Shown here piece by piece: positions 39,428 to 47,672 of a stretch of 64,000 nucleotides of DNA (the stretch's first letter is position 1; each line of letters starts with the position of its first letter). The position numbers were made by a program, and so were the translations under genes. Under the pieces are notes generated by a model. That model was not told where the DNA came from. It saw only the letters and a program-made list of their open reading frames with translations, and ran no database searches. This stretch comes from an uncultured Ignavibacteriales bacterium (GTDB lineage: Bacteria > Zixibacteria > MSB-5A5 > GN15 > FEB-12). Location: contig CAYJOL010000004.1 in NCBI GenBank assembly GCA_964371785.1, positions 185,588 through 249,587 on the forward strand, read 5' to 3'.

Positions 39428-39453
39428 ATACTGCACATCTGTTTAGTATAAAC
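39428..39453. promoter_or_regulatory. Overlapping palindromes upstream of imuA: ATACT-N12-AGTAT (CTG-N10-TAG, LexA-box-like) and GTTTA-gta-TAAAC
   Basis: Read directly: atactgcacatctgtttagtat (39428-39449) and gtttagtataaac (39441-39453). They lie 19-44 nt upstream of ATG 39410 on the minus strand. Confidence 0.3.
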
Positions 39454-39607
39454 ATACCCTCTTCCCCCCTGCAATCAATCACATTTGTTAAGCTGTTATC
39501 GGGCTGACTCATACCGAGCTGCTCGATTTTCTTCAAAAAGATGGTTGTCTTTCAATTTCAGTTCAGTAATTTCAAGTCATTATCACAATAGAAGTAATGA
39601 GGGAACG

Positions 39608-40363
39608 ATGATCAGACTCAAAGACAAGGTCACGCTGATAACCGGCGGATCCCGTGGAATAGGGCGGGCGACGGCAATTATGTTCGCTCGAGCCGGGAGC
39701 CATGTGGCAATAAACTACCGCACCGACAAGGCTAAAGCTGAACAAACAGCAAAAGAAGTTGAGGTCCATGGTGTACATGCCCTGCGCGTCCCGGCGGACA
39801 TTTCGAATAAAGATCAGGTTGACGGTATGGTTAAAAAAGTGATGGAGCGATTTGGAAGACTCGATGTACTGGTCAACAACGCCGGTATCTGGGAATACAA
39901 CCCAATTGATTCCATGCAGGCAAAACAGCTGAAGCGGACTATTGATATCAATCTCTACGGGACTTACTATCCTATCATGGCCGCGGTTCCGGCAATGATC
40001 CGTCAGCAATCAGGATGTATTATCAATATATCCTCTACCGCAGGTCAACGGGGCGAAGCCTATTATTCTCCCTATGGTACAACTAAAGGTGCGGTTATAA
40101 GCCTCACCAAGTCGCTTGCGTCCGAACTGGCACATCACAATATCAGGGTTAACTGTGTCGCTCCCGGGTGGGTGGAGACTGACATGAGCCGTGACGCCCT
40201 CTCTGGTCCCGACAAAGACAAAATATTTCAAACTATTCCGCTTGGAAGGGTGGCCGATCCGGACGAACTGGCGGGACCGATTCTGTTTCTGGCGTCGGAC
40301 CTTGCGACTTTCATTACCGGCGAGATACTGAATGTCAACGGCGGAGCCGTCCTCTGCGGGTAA
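39608..40363 (+). CDS. Classical SDR oxidoreductase (FabG/3-oxoacyl-ACP reductase-like)
   Basis: TGGSRGIGRA (TGxxxGxG), NNAG, and catalytic YSPYGTTKGA (YxxxK). Starting at ATG 39608, preceded by GAGGG, gives a typical 251-aa SDR. Confidence 0.85.
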   Translation: MIRLKDKVTLITGGSRGIGRATAIMFARAGSHVAINYRTDKAKAEQTAKEVEVHGVHALRVPADISNKDQVDGMVKKVMERFGRLDVLVNNAGIWEYNPIDSMQAKQLKRTIDINLYGTYYPIMAAVPAMIRQQSGCIINISSTAGQRGEAYYSPYGTTKGAVISLTKSLASELAHHNIRVNCVAPGWVETDMSRDALSGPDKDKIFQTIPLGRVADPDELAGPILFLASDLATFITGEILNVNGGAVLCG

Positions 40364-40371
40364 GCGGAACG

Positions 40372-41793
40372 CTATATGCTCCGGGCAGTCTGTTGAATCA
40401 ATTCCCAGGCGTTACTCACGTCTTCGTGCTGAACGTTCGTCTGCGCTATTGACATACGCAGCGTATAAGCGCCATTGAGTTTGGTGTGAGTCATGTAGAG
40501 TTTCCCGGTCGAGTTCAATTTGGCCAGCAGGGCTTCGTTCAGTTGATTGAGAGTGGCTGTATCATCGACACCTTTCGGATGGTATCGAAAGCATACCAGG
40601 GCAACCGGAACCGGCGCAAGCAGCTCAAAATCATCTGACTGCTCAATTTGCATGGCCAGTTCTTTGGCTAATCCGATATGGCGACGGACCATCTCCTGCA
40701 ATCCGGAGACACCGAACGAACGGATGACAAACCAGAGCTTGAGCGCTCGGAATCTTCGACCCAGCGGTATCCCCCAGTCACGATAGTTATTAACTGAAGA
40801 ACCCTCAGCGGTCTTAAGATACTCCGGCAGGATCTCAAATGTCCTGATCAAGGCTCCCTTATCTTTGACGAAATAGGCCGAGCAATCAAAATTGGTTGCC
40901 ATCCATTTGTGCGGGTTAAAAACAAAAGTATCGGCCAATTCGAGACCGTCCGACATCCACCGCATCTCCGGCAGCAGCAGGGCAGTCCCGGAAAACGCCG
41001 CATCGACATGAAGCCAGACTTTGTACTTCTTACAGATTTCACCAATCTTACGTATCGGGTCTACCGCGGTCGATCCGGTAGTGCCGATGGTAGCTATCAC
41101 GCAAAGAGGAATAAACCCCCGACTGATATCATCATGTATCGCATTTTCAAGAGCATGTGGAAGCATGGCGAACTTGTCATCGACTTGAACCTTCCTTAGA
41201 TTCGTCATTCCCAAACCCGCTATTTTGACCGCTTTCTCGATTGAGGAATGGGTTTCACTTGAGCAGTAAACCGCATAACCAGGTTTCGATTGCATTCCCT
41301 GATTGTTGATGCTGTAATCAGTAGCATGCTCACGGGCGGTCAGTATTGAGCAAAGGGTCGCTGTCGATGCAGTATCCTGGATGACACCCGTGAATTCAGC
41401 CGGCAACGCAAGCATCTGTTGAAGCCAGGACATCACCCGCTCTTCCAGCTCGGCCGCGGCAGGCGAGGTCTGCCAGATCATACATTGGGCGCCAAGTGCC
41501 GAAGTCAGCAGTTCCCCAAGTACCGAAACCGGACTGCTGTTCGCCGGAAAATAGGCGAAGAATGAAGGATGTTGCCAATGGGTAATTCCGGGAAGAATTG
41601 CTTTCTGGAAATCGTCGAATATCCTGGCAAAGGGCTCGTTCAGCTCAGGGGGTGATTCCGGCAACTTGTTCAGTATTTCACCCGGTGAAACCTTCGCTTT
41701 GACCGGATATTTGTGGATCGATTCGTAGTAGTCTGCAATCCAGTCTATGAGTTCATGGCCATGCTGTCTGAATTCTATAATTTTCATGATCAC
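40372..41793 (-). CDS. Group II PLP-dependent aromatic-L-amino-acid decarboxylase (DDC/TDC-like)
   Basis: 473 aa. HWQHPSFFAYFPANSS, and FVFNPHKWMATNFDCSAYFVKD with the PLP-lysine in NPHKW, closely follow the DOPA/tyrosine/tryptophan decarboxylase pattern. Confidence 0.85.
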   Translation of the reverse strand: MIMKIIEFRQHGHELIDWIADYYESIHKYPVKAKVSPGEILNKLPESPPELNEPFARIFDDFQKAILPGITHWQHPSFFAYFPANSSPVSVLGELLTSALGAQCMIWQTSPAAAELEERVMSWLQQMLALPAEFTGVIQDTASTATLCSILTAREHATDYSINNQGMQSKPGYAVYCSSETHSSIEKAVKIAGLGMTNLRKVQVDDKFAMLPHALENAIHDDISRGFIPLCVIATIGTTGSTAVDPIRKIGEICKKYKVWLHVDAAFSGTALLLPEMRWMSDGLELADTFVFNPHKWMATNFDCSAYFVKDKGALIRTFEILPEYLKTAEGSSVNNYRDWGIPLGRRFRALKLWFVIRSFGVSGLQEMVRRHIGLAKELAMQIEQSDDFELLAPVPVALVCFRYHPKGVDDTATLNQLNEALLAKLNSTGKLYMTHTKLNGAYTLRMSIAQTNVQHEDVSNAWELIQQTARSI

Positions 41794-42173
41794 TCCAACA
41801 AAAAAGCAGTCATCTCATTACGTAGATAATAGAGCGAAGCGGTCCTTTTGACAAGCTCCAATTCAGGGCACGAAAGTTGCTTTGTTATCAGACATGCCGG
41901 GATTGTACAGCCCGGTTTCTGCTCGAATCTTATAAGAGTTTGGCGCTGGATGCAGTAGTGCTGGCATCAATGGCGAATGCCAGTGAGGGTACATTCTTCA
42001 ACGGGAAAGGAGAAAGATAGCAGACGACTGCCAAACCTCTTTTGAGTTGCCTCATGTCTGAAAAAAGTCACGCCTGTAATCACGCCAGAGATTTGCACAT
42101 TTGATGGAAATTATTGCCAAATCACGGACAATCTCTGCAATTCTGTAGGACCGTCCTAAATGGAGGACTTAAA

Positions 42174-43259
42174 ATGTCTCGTTTTATCAGCCTTATCGCA
42201 TTAGTTCTTATCGCCGGGCTTCTCGTGGTTGGATGTAACAACCAGAATCCGGTGGTATCTCAGTCTGATCTGCCTGTCGGGATGATGGCCGGCCAGATCG
42301 TCGTGCCCGCCGGTGCGGTGCTCGAATCAGCCACCTTGAATATTTTCGTGAATGTAGCCAACGGCCAGCAGATCGATATTCATCGCATCACGTCCGACTG
42401 GACCGAGACCACGGTTACCTGGGGTAACTTTGGCGGCGCCTTTGACCCGATCATAGAGAATTCGTTTATGTCGAATTCCTACGGCTGGCACCAGGTTGAT
42501 ATTACCGGTTTGGTTCAGGGCTGGATCGACGGCACCGATCCGAACTACGGACTGCTGCTCGACCAATCCCTCATGGCCTTCCCGATGGGTGTGTTCTTCA
42601 GCCGCGAAGACGCGTTCAGACCGCCATATCTGGAAATCTGTTACAGCCTGAACGGCTCGACCACCTGCGTGCAGGATGTTGATATCGCCGATACTTACAT
42701 CCGGGAGCTGTTCCCCAATGACAACTACGGCACTCAGCAGTATCTGTTCACCGGCTGGGAAAACGAAACCAGTTTGGAGAAACAGGCTCTGTTGCGCTTC
42801 GATATCCAGGGAACGCCGCCTCCTGGTGGATGCACCCGGACGATCGGATACTGGAAGACCCATGCCGGCTTTGGCCCACAGGCCGATGTCGTCACTCCGC
42901 TCCTTCCGATCTGGCTTGGTACCAACGGCGGAGCCAAGAGTATTCAGGTCACAACCGCCGCTATGGCAGTTGACTTCCTGAAGCAGAATGTCTATGGCAC
43001 CCAGTCCAACGGTATCACGAAACTGTATGCGCAGTTGCTCGGCGCTAAGCTAAGCATTGCCAGCGGTGCCAGCGATGTCGATGTCGCCGCCACGATAGCC
43101 GCGGCCGATGCTTTCCTGGCGACGCACAATTATCTCGATTGGTCCAGCCTGAGCAAGCCCGACAAGGCGATGGTGCTCGGATGGCAGTCGACTCTGGATA
43201 ATTACAATAACGGACTGATCGGACCAGTCCATTGTGACGACGCCGTTACGAACGAATAG
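42174..43259 (+). CDS. Lipoprotein with DNRLRE-type domain and an uncharacterised Cys-bracketed C-terminal domain
   Basis: GGAGGA Shine-Dalgarno then MSRFISLIALVLIAGLLVVGC (lipobox). ITSDWTETTVTWGNFGG...GWHQVDITGLVQGWIDGTDPNYGLLL and YIRELFPNDNYG...ALLRFDI fit the DNRLRE domain pattern. The C-terminal ~150 aa begins CTRTIGYWKTHAGFG and ends GPVHCDD. Confidence 0.6.
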   Translation: MSRFISLIALVLIAGLLVVGCNNQNPVVSQSDLPVGMMAGQIVVPAGAVLESATLNIFVNVANGQQIDIHRITSDWTETTVTWGNFGGAFDPIIENSFMSNSYGWHQVDITGLVQGWIDGTDPNYGLLLDQSLMAFPMGVFFSREDAFRPPYLEICYSLNGSTTCVQDVDIADTYIRELFPNDNYGTQQYLFTGWENETSLEKQALLRFDIQGTPPPGGCTRTIGYWKTHAGFGPQADVVTPLLPIWLGTNGGAKSIQVTTAAMAVDFLKQNVYGTQSNGITKLYAQLLGAKLSIASGASDVDVAATIAAADAFLATHNYLDWSSLSKPDKAMVLGWQSTLDNYNNGLIGPVHCDDAVTNE

Positions 43260-43387
43260 ACTCTAAGCAGAAGAGTCGACCGAAGGCCCCGGGGTGAAAC
43301 CCACCGGCCGTCTTATTTTGATGCAATGTTAGGTTGCATAAATAGTTTATATTATATATAAATTATAAAACACAAGGAGGGATCATC

Positions 43388-44338
43388 GTGAACACGCAGG
43401 ATTCGACGGTAGGCGATATTGCGGCTGACAATCCGTCAGAAGTGCAGCCGCTTATAAAACAGGGCTGGTTACGGGCCCTTTTATTCTACATCTCGTTCTT
43501 CATCTATACAATTGTCATCAGCGTCGGTGGAGGCTTGATCCTCACACTAGGCAGCAGCAATGGATTTGCACTCGATTTCGCCTCGATCGCGATGATGCTG
43601 TTTGAATTAGTAAGTGTCCTGGGCTCTTTTCTGCTCATCGTGGTCTTTCGCACTCTTATCGATCGACGATCGGTGGTGTCGCTCGGCTTCGCCTTCAATG
43701 GAAAGTATCGCCGTGACCTCGGCTACGGCATACTCCTTGGCGTGGTCCTTCAATTATTCATGTTCGGCGCGCTCTGGGCGACCGGTCAGACGCATGTAGC
43801 AGGATTCAGATTTGTCTTTGGCCCACTGGTTGTCATACTATTTACCCTTATATTCGCCGCGGTACAAGAAGAAATAGTCATGCGCGGGTATCTGTTGTGC
43901 AACCTGATGGAATCAGCAAACAAATACCTGTCCCTCATATTAGTCAGTGTCGTGTTTGCATTCATGCACGGTATGAATCCAGACATATCGATAGCAGGTG
44001 TGCTCAACATCATTTTGGCAGGTCTGCTGCTCGGGATGTATTACATCCATCGCAAAAACCTCTGGTTTCCGATAGGGTTGCACATCGCGTGGAATTACTT
44101 CGAAGGGCCGGTTCTTGGGTCCCCTGTGAGCGGCGTGAAAGTCGACAGCATCGTGCTGCTTGACTTCATAGGAAAACCAATGTGGACAGGCGGATCATTC
44201 GGATTTGAAGCGTCCTACGCCCTCTCGATCGTCCTGATCTTGGCAATCATAGCGGTTCATCTCATTTACCGGACAAAACCGACTGCGGATCCTGCCTCGC
44301 CTGTATCAAGCCTGCCCCAAAACGACCCACCCCGTTAG
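43388..44338 (+). CDS. CPBP-family intramembrane glutamic endopeptidase (CAAX protease / Abi-like)
   Basis: Polytopic, with motifs EEIVMRGYL (EExxxR), FAFMHG (FxxxH) and HIAWNY. Confidence 0.75.
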   Translation: MNTQDSTVGDIAADNPSEVQPLIKQGWLRALLFYISFFIYTIVISVGGGLILTLGSSNGFALDFASIAMMLFELVSVLGSFLLIVVFRTLIDRRSVVSLGFAFNGKYRRDLGYGILLGVVLQLFMFGALWATGQTHVAGFRFVFGPLVVILFTLIFAAVQEEIVMRGYLLCNLMESANKYLSLILVSVVFAFMHGMNPDISIAGVLNIILAGLLLGMYYIHRKNLWFPIGLHIAWNYFEGPVLGSPVSGVKVDSIVLLDFIGKPMWTGGSFGFEASYALSIVLILAIIAVHLIYRTKPTADPASPVSSLPQNDPPR

Positions 44339-44428
44339 CAACGGATAAGACCATTGATTGGTGCGTAATTCTGTCACTATCCGTAGGCACATTTCCAGAA
44401 GAAAAGGGGAGATTGTAAGCGGTCGGAG

Positions 44429-44629
44429 CTAATCTCTGATGGAGACGAAGATGCGGCTTCCCTGAGTTCGATAACTCACTTTTCCTTCGCGGGCCAGCCA
44501 GCCCAGTGCCTGGTAGACAACTACGTCTTTCTCTTTCAGTGTCTTTGGTAATTGCGATACACTAAGCTCCTCACTCTTCTTGAGTGTGCTCCAGAGCTTG
44601 CCGGCGGTAAGTCCTATTAGTTCCTGCAT
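44429..44629 (-). CDS. Small winged-helix protein (DUF2582-like)
   Basis: 66 aa. LSVSQLPKTLKEKDVVVYQALGWLAREGKV resembles the DUF2582 wHTH family. Confidence 0.45.
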   Translation of the reverse strand: MQELIGLTAGKLWSTLKKSEELSVSQLPKTLKEKDVVVYQALGWLAREGKVSYRTQGSRIFVSIRD

Positions 44630-44825
44630 CGAGTCCTCCTTGAACTGCTTTGTGCTCTTAGAATTATTCCACTAGAACAACTGAATGTCAAGATTGTTCA
44701 ATCACATTCCCGAGGTAAACCGGCGCAGTATTGGACGAGGATATGAATTAGGGTAGATGTAGTCTTTAATTGTGCCCGATTCGGCCAGTCTGTGCCCAGA
44801 CTGCCCCGGGGTACTCTGGGGTACT

Positions 44826-46505
44826 CTATTGTATCACATTGGGACCAGGATTGACGATATGGGCTGGGAATTGGAAGGTAAACGTCGTCCCCTTACCGAC
44901 TTCCGAGTCAATCTGAACGGTAGCCGCGTGATTGGTGATAATATTGCCGACCGTAACCAATCCATAACCATGTCCTTTTTCTTTGGTCGTGAAATGGCTT
45001 CGGAAGAGCTTCTCTTTCAATTCGGGGGCGATGCCAACCCCATTATCAGATATTGAAAAATGAAGCATTTCATTTGCTGAAAAAGTCCTGACCAGGATCT
45101 TGCCGGTAGGTCGATGTGCCTCCTTGATCGCGTCAGCGGCATTATTGAGCAGGTTAAGCAGGAGTTGCGCAATCTGCTGGTCATCCATGTCGGTCTTCGG
45201 TATGCTCTTATCCAATTGGGTAGTGATTGTGATGTCGCTGAATTTCTTCTGGACGGACACAAACGACAACACATCGGTGATTACCCCGTTCAAATCTCGA
45301 AGAGCTTTCGAAGTATTGAGTCGTGAGTAGTCCATGAGTCCCGACGTAAACCGTTCCATTTTGGCCACGGTCAGTTTAAGTTTCTCAAGAGTCCCGGCAA
45401 GCCGCTTCAAGTCGTTCTTCTGTACGGCCCTCTCAGCCAGTTCCACGCCGCCGAGTACTAGTCCGAGGAAGTTGTTCAATTCGTGCGCGATGGATGATGC
45501 CATGAGTCCCTTTTCGGCAAATTTCTCGAGATCGAACAAACGCTGTTCACTTTGCTTCTGATCGGTAATATCGTCTACTGTCACCGCCAGGTCATGATTT
45601 CCGTCAGGTCCCCTGAGGACCTTGCTGACTCTGATGTTGTATATTCTCTCACGCGCTCCCTTCTTGGCCACCATGTTCTCCAGTGTGCGCCCCTGGTTAT
45701 CATCACGCGAGGAATCTATTCGGGATAACCAACCCGGGAAAGTTTTCTCCGAGAAGATCAAGTTGATCGGGACATCCTGTAAAGACTCTGGTGACTGCAG
45801 ATTCGATTTCAGTTCGGCAAGCAGTTGAAATCCCGATGAGTTCACTTTTTTCAATCGACCGGAGACGTCGAACACAAAAACTCCCTGCTTTACGGAGTCC
45901 AGAATCGAGAGATGCCACGTATTCAGTTTGGATATTTCTATGAACAGAAAGGAATTCGCGATAAAGGGGGTCACGGTATTGACGATGGTAGTGAGCAGGT
46001 CACAGTCGCTGGCAGTGCAGGCCTTTCCCGCTACGCGATTGCCCATTCCCAGCAGACCGATCATCTTTCTATCGTGTATGAGCGGGATCACCACGTGCAC
46101 ACCACATTCCTGGAGAATGTAGCCATAATTGGCGAGGGAACCGGACAGATTGAGATCGGCAACCAACTGCGGTCCTGTTGACCGCGTGAAATAGTCTTCC
46201 AGCTCTTCCGTCAACAGCAGGCATGAAAGCAGATCGCTCTGTTTGAATCTGCCGGTGCCGAAGTAGATCTGTCTCTGTTTGTTCGAGCTTGGATTGAGCA
46301 GCATGGCAAAAGAGCTTGTCACGGAGAATTGACCACATAGAGTGAGCAACAAGACGTCAATGAGTCCGTGCAGATCGGGCTTGTTGGAAAACTGTCGGGC
46401 AAGCTTGGAGAGGGCGTCGAGCGCCAGAATATTCCTCTCCTGAATGGTCGATCCCTCAGGGCTTCCGACTACAGTTTCTTCGTGTTTGTGCGATGTAGAC
46501 GTCAT
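44826..46505 (-). CDS. Soluble sensor histidine kinase (GAF-like and PAS-like N-terminal regions, HisKA, HATPase_c), no cognate response regulator nearby
   Basis: H-box SSIAHELNNFL, N-box LLNLLNNAADAI, G1 SDNGVGI and G2 GHGYGL. There is no TM segment. The start ATG overlaps the upstream STAS stop (ATGA at 46502-46505). Confidence 0.85.
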   Translation of the reverse strand: MTSTSHKHEETVVGSPEGSTIQERNILALDALSKLARQFSNKPDLHGLIDVLLLTLCGQFSVTSSFAMLLNPSSNKQRQIYFGTGRFKQSDLLSCLLLTEELEDYFTRSTGPQLVADLNLSGSLANYGYILQECGVHVVIPLIHDRKMIGLLGMGNRVAGKACTASDCDLLTTIVNTVTPFIANSFLFIEISKLNTWHLSILDSVKQGVFVFDVSGRLKKVNSSGFQLLAELKSNLQSPESLQDVPINLIFSEKTFPGWLSRIDSSRDDNQGRTLENMVAKKGARERIYNIRVSKVLRGPDGNHDLAVTVDDITDQKQSEQRLFDLEKFAEKGLMASSIAHELNNFLGLVLGGVELAERAVQKNDLKRLAGTLEKLKLTVAKMERFTSGLMDYSRLNTSKALRDLNGVITDVLSFVSVQKKFSDITITTQLDKSIPKTDMDDQQIAQLLLNLLNNAADAIKEAHRPTGKILVRTFSANEMLHFSISDNGVGIAPELKEKLFRSHFTTKEKGHGYGLVTVGNIITNHAATVQIDSEVGKGTTFTFQFPAHIVNPGPNVIQ

Positions 46506-46870
46506 AAGCAGTTTTTTGCACCACAGGAAACCAGGGCTTCCTGCACGCTCCCTTTTACTGTCAGATAATCAAGCAGGTCAAGAACTCTGAGGACATGGAC
46601 TATAGTCTCCGATGGACCGGCCAGGATAATATCGCCGCCCAACTCCCGCGAGCCCTCTACGGTGCCAAGTATTGACCCGACTCCCGCTGACGAGATAAAC
46701 TCGAGCTCGCTCATATCTATGACGATGTATCTCACCCCTCTGGATTGAATCGAGTTGACAATCTCCACCATCTCGTGAGCATTGTTGTTATCAAGCATGC
46801 GGGCAGTCTTAATGACAACAACGTCGTTACTGACTTCGCGGGTGATAATATCAAAGTCACTCATCGGCAC
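46502..46870 (-). CDS. STAS-domain protein (anti-sigma-factor antagonist, SpoIIAA/RsbV-like)
   Basis: 122 aa. DMSELEFISSAGVGSILG carries the conserved phosphorylatable Ser context (F-I-S-S-A-G). Confidence 0.8.
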   Translation of the reverse strand: MPMSDFDIITREVSNDVVVIKTARMLDNNNAHEMVEIVNSIQSRGVRYIVIDMSELEFISSAGVGSILGTVEGSRELGGDIILAGPSETIVHVLRVLDLLDYLTVKGSVQEALVSCGAKNCL

Positions 46871-47672
46871 GCTCCAGCTTCTTGGTCAGGGTAAGGACGT
46901 TGAGTTGACCCTGTTTGCGCTCGTAATGCATTCGGTCGGTCATTCGTTTGATCAGTATCACGCCGATTCCATGATTCTGCCGGCGATTTATCACCTGCGA
47001 GGGATCGAAATCGTCCTTATGAGGGGTTGGATCGAATGCCTTCCCTTTGTCGATGAATCTGAATTCGGCCTCGTCCCCGTTCAATTTGACGGACACGTCG
47101 ACCGCGTCTCGCTCGGCAAGCCCCGAGTGCAGCCTTATGTTGGTGGCAACTTCGTAGAAAATAGTCTCGAGTTCGACAATCTCTCGGTCACCGACACCGC
47201 GCCGGACAAGGTGCTGCCGAAGCTTCTTCATCGCCGATGCAACGGCCATCGGACTCAGCTCAACGCGCAGTAATAATTCCTGGCCGTATTCTTCGGGACT
47301 GACCGTTGATCTGGTGACGCTGCAAGTATGCTGTTGGACGTTGTGCAGATAGAAAAGATCAGCCAGATCCAGCACTTCGAGAACTTTCAGAAAATTAGGA
47401 TGCAAATTATCCAGACGCAAATCGACTCTGCGCTCAGCGCATCGCGATCGCACGTTCCAGAGAATGTTGATGTGCGTGGACGTAATACGCTCTAATCGTG
47501 AACAATCAAGAACCACTTCATTCGGATTCGTCTGCAATAGATCATCCACCGCCGCCAGAAGATTTGAGATGGTGCCGGGGGTAAGTTCCGCGGGGACCTT
47601 GATTTTTGTCCTATTGTCAGTATCAGCGAACATGCACTTCGCTTTCTTTGCTAATAACTCTTTTATCGTCAC
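46857..47672 (-). CDS. Fusion protein: N-terminal STAS-like domain plus C-terminal RsbW/SpoIIAB-type Ser kinase (HATPase_c_2-like)
   Basis: The N-terminal half VVLDCSRLERITSTHINILWNV...FLKVLEVLDLADLF is STAS-like. The C-terminal half IFYEVATNIRLHSG...FRFIDKGKAFD...NHGIGVILIKRMTD is anti-sigma kinase-like. Confidence 0.65.
   Translation of the reverse strand: MTIKELLAKKAKCMFADTDNRTKIKVPAELTPGTISNLLAAVDDLLQTNPNEVVLDCSRLERITSTHINILWNVRSRCAERRVDLRLDNLHPNFLKVLEVLDLADLFYLHNVQQHTCSVTRSTVSPEEYGQELLLRVELSPMAVASAMKKLRQHLVRRGVGDREIVELETIFYEVATNIRLHSGLAERDAVDVSVKLNGDEAEFRFIDKGKAFDPTPHKDDFDPSQVINRRQNHGIGVILIKRMTDRMHYERKQGQLNVLTLTKKLERADE

Noticed and set aside
39411-39607. Overlapping 5' extensions of the divergent imuA (to 39536) and SDR (from 39485) track ORFs. 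Taken at face value these would imply overlapping divergent coding regions.
   Set aside because: The SDR has a canonical N-terminus (MIRLKDKVTLITGGSRGIG) at ATG 39608, preceded by GAGGG. The imuA extension contains the palindromic operator-like DNA. Both extensions are most likely non-coding promoter region.
44808-44827. Perfect tandem duplication GGGGTACTCT x2 overlapping the histidine kinase stop codon.
   Set aside because: There are only two copies of 10 bp. It is probably a slippage duplication at a gene end, and no further copies were noticed elsewhere in the window.
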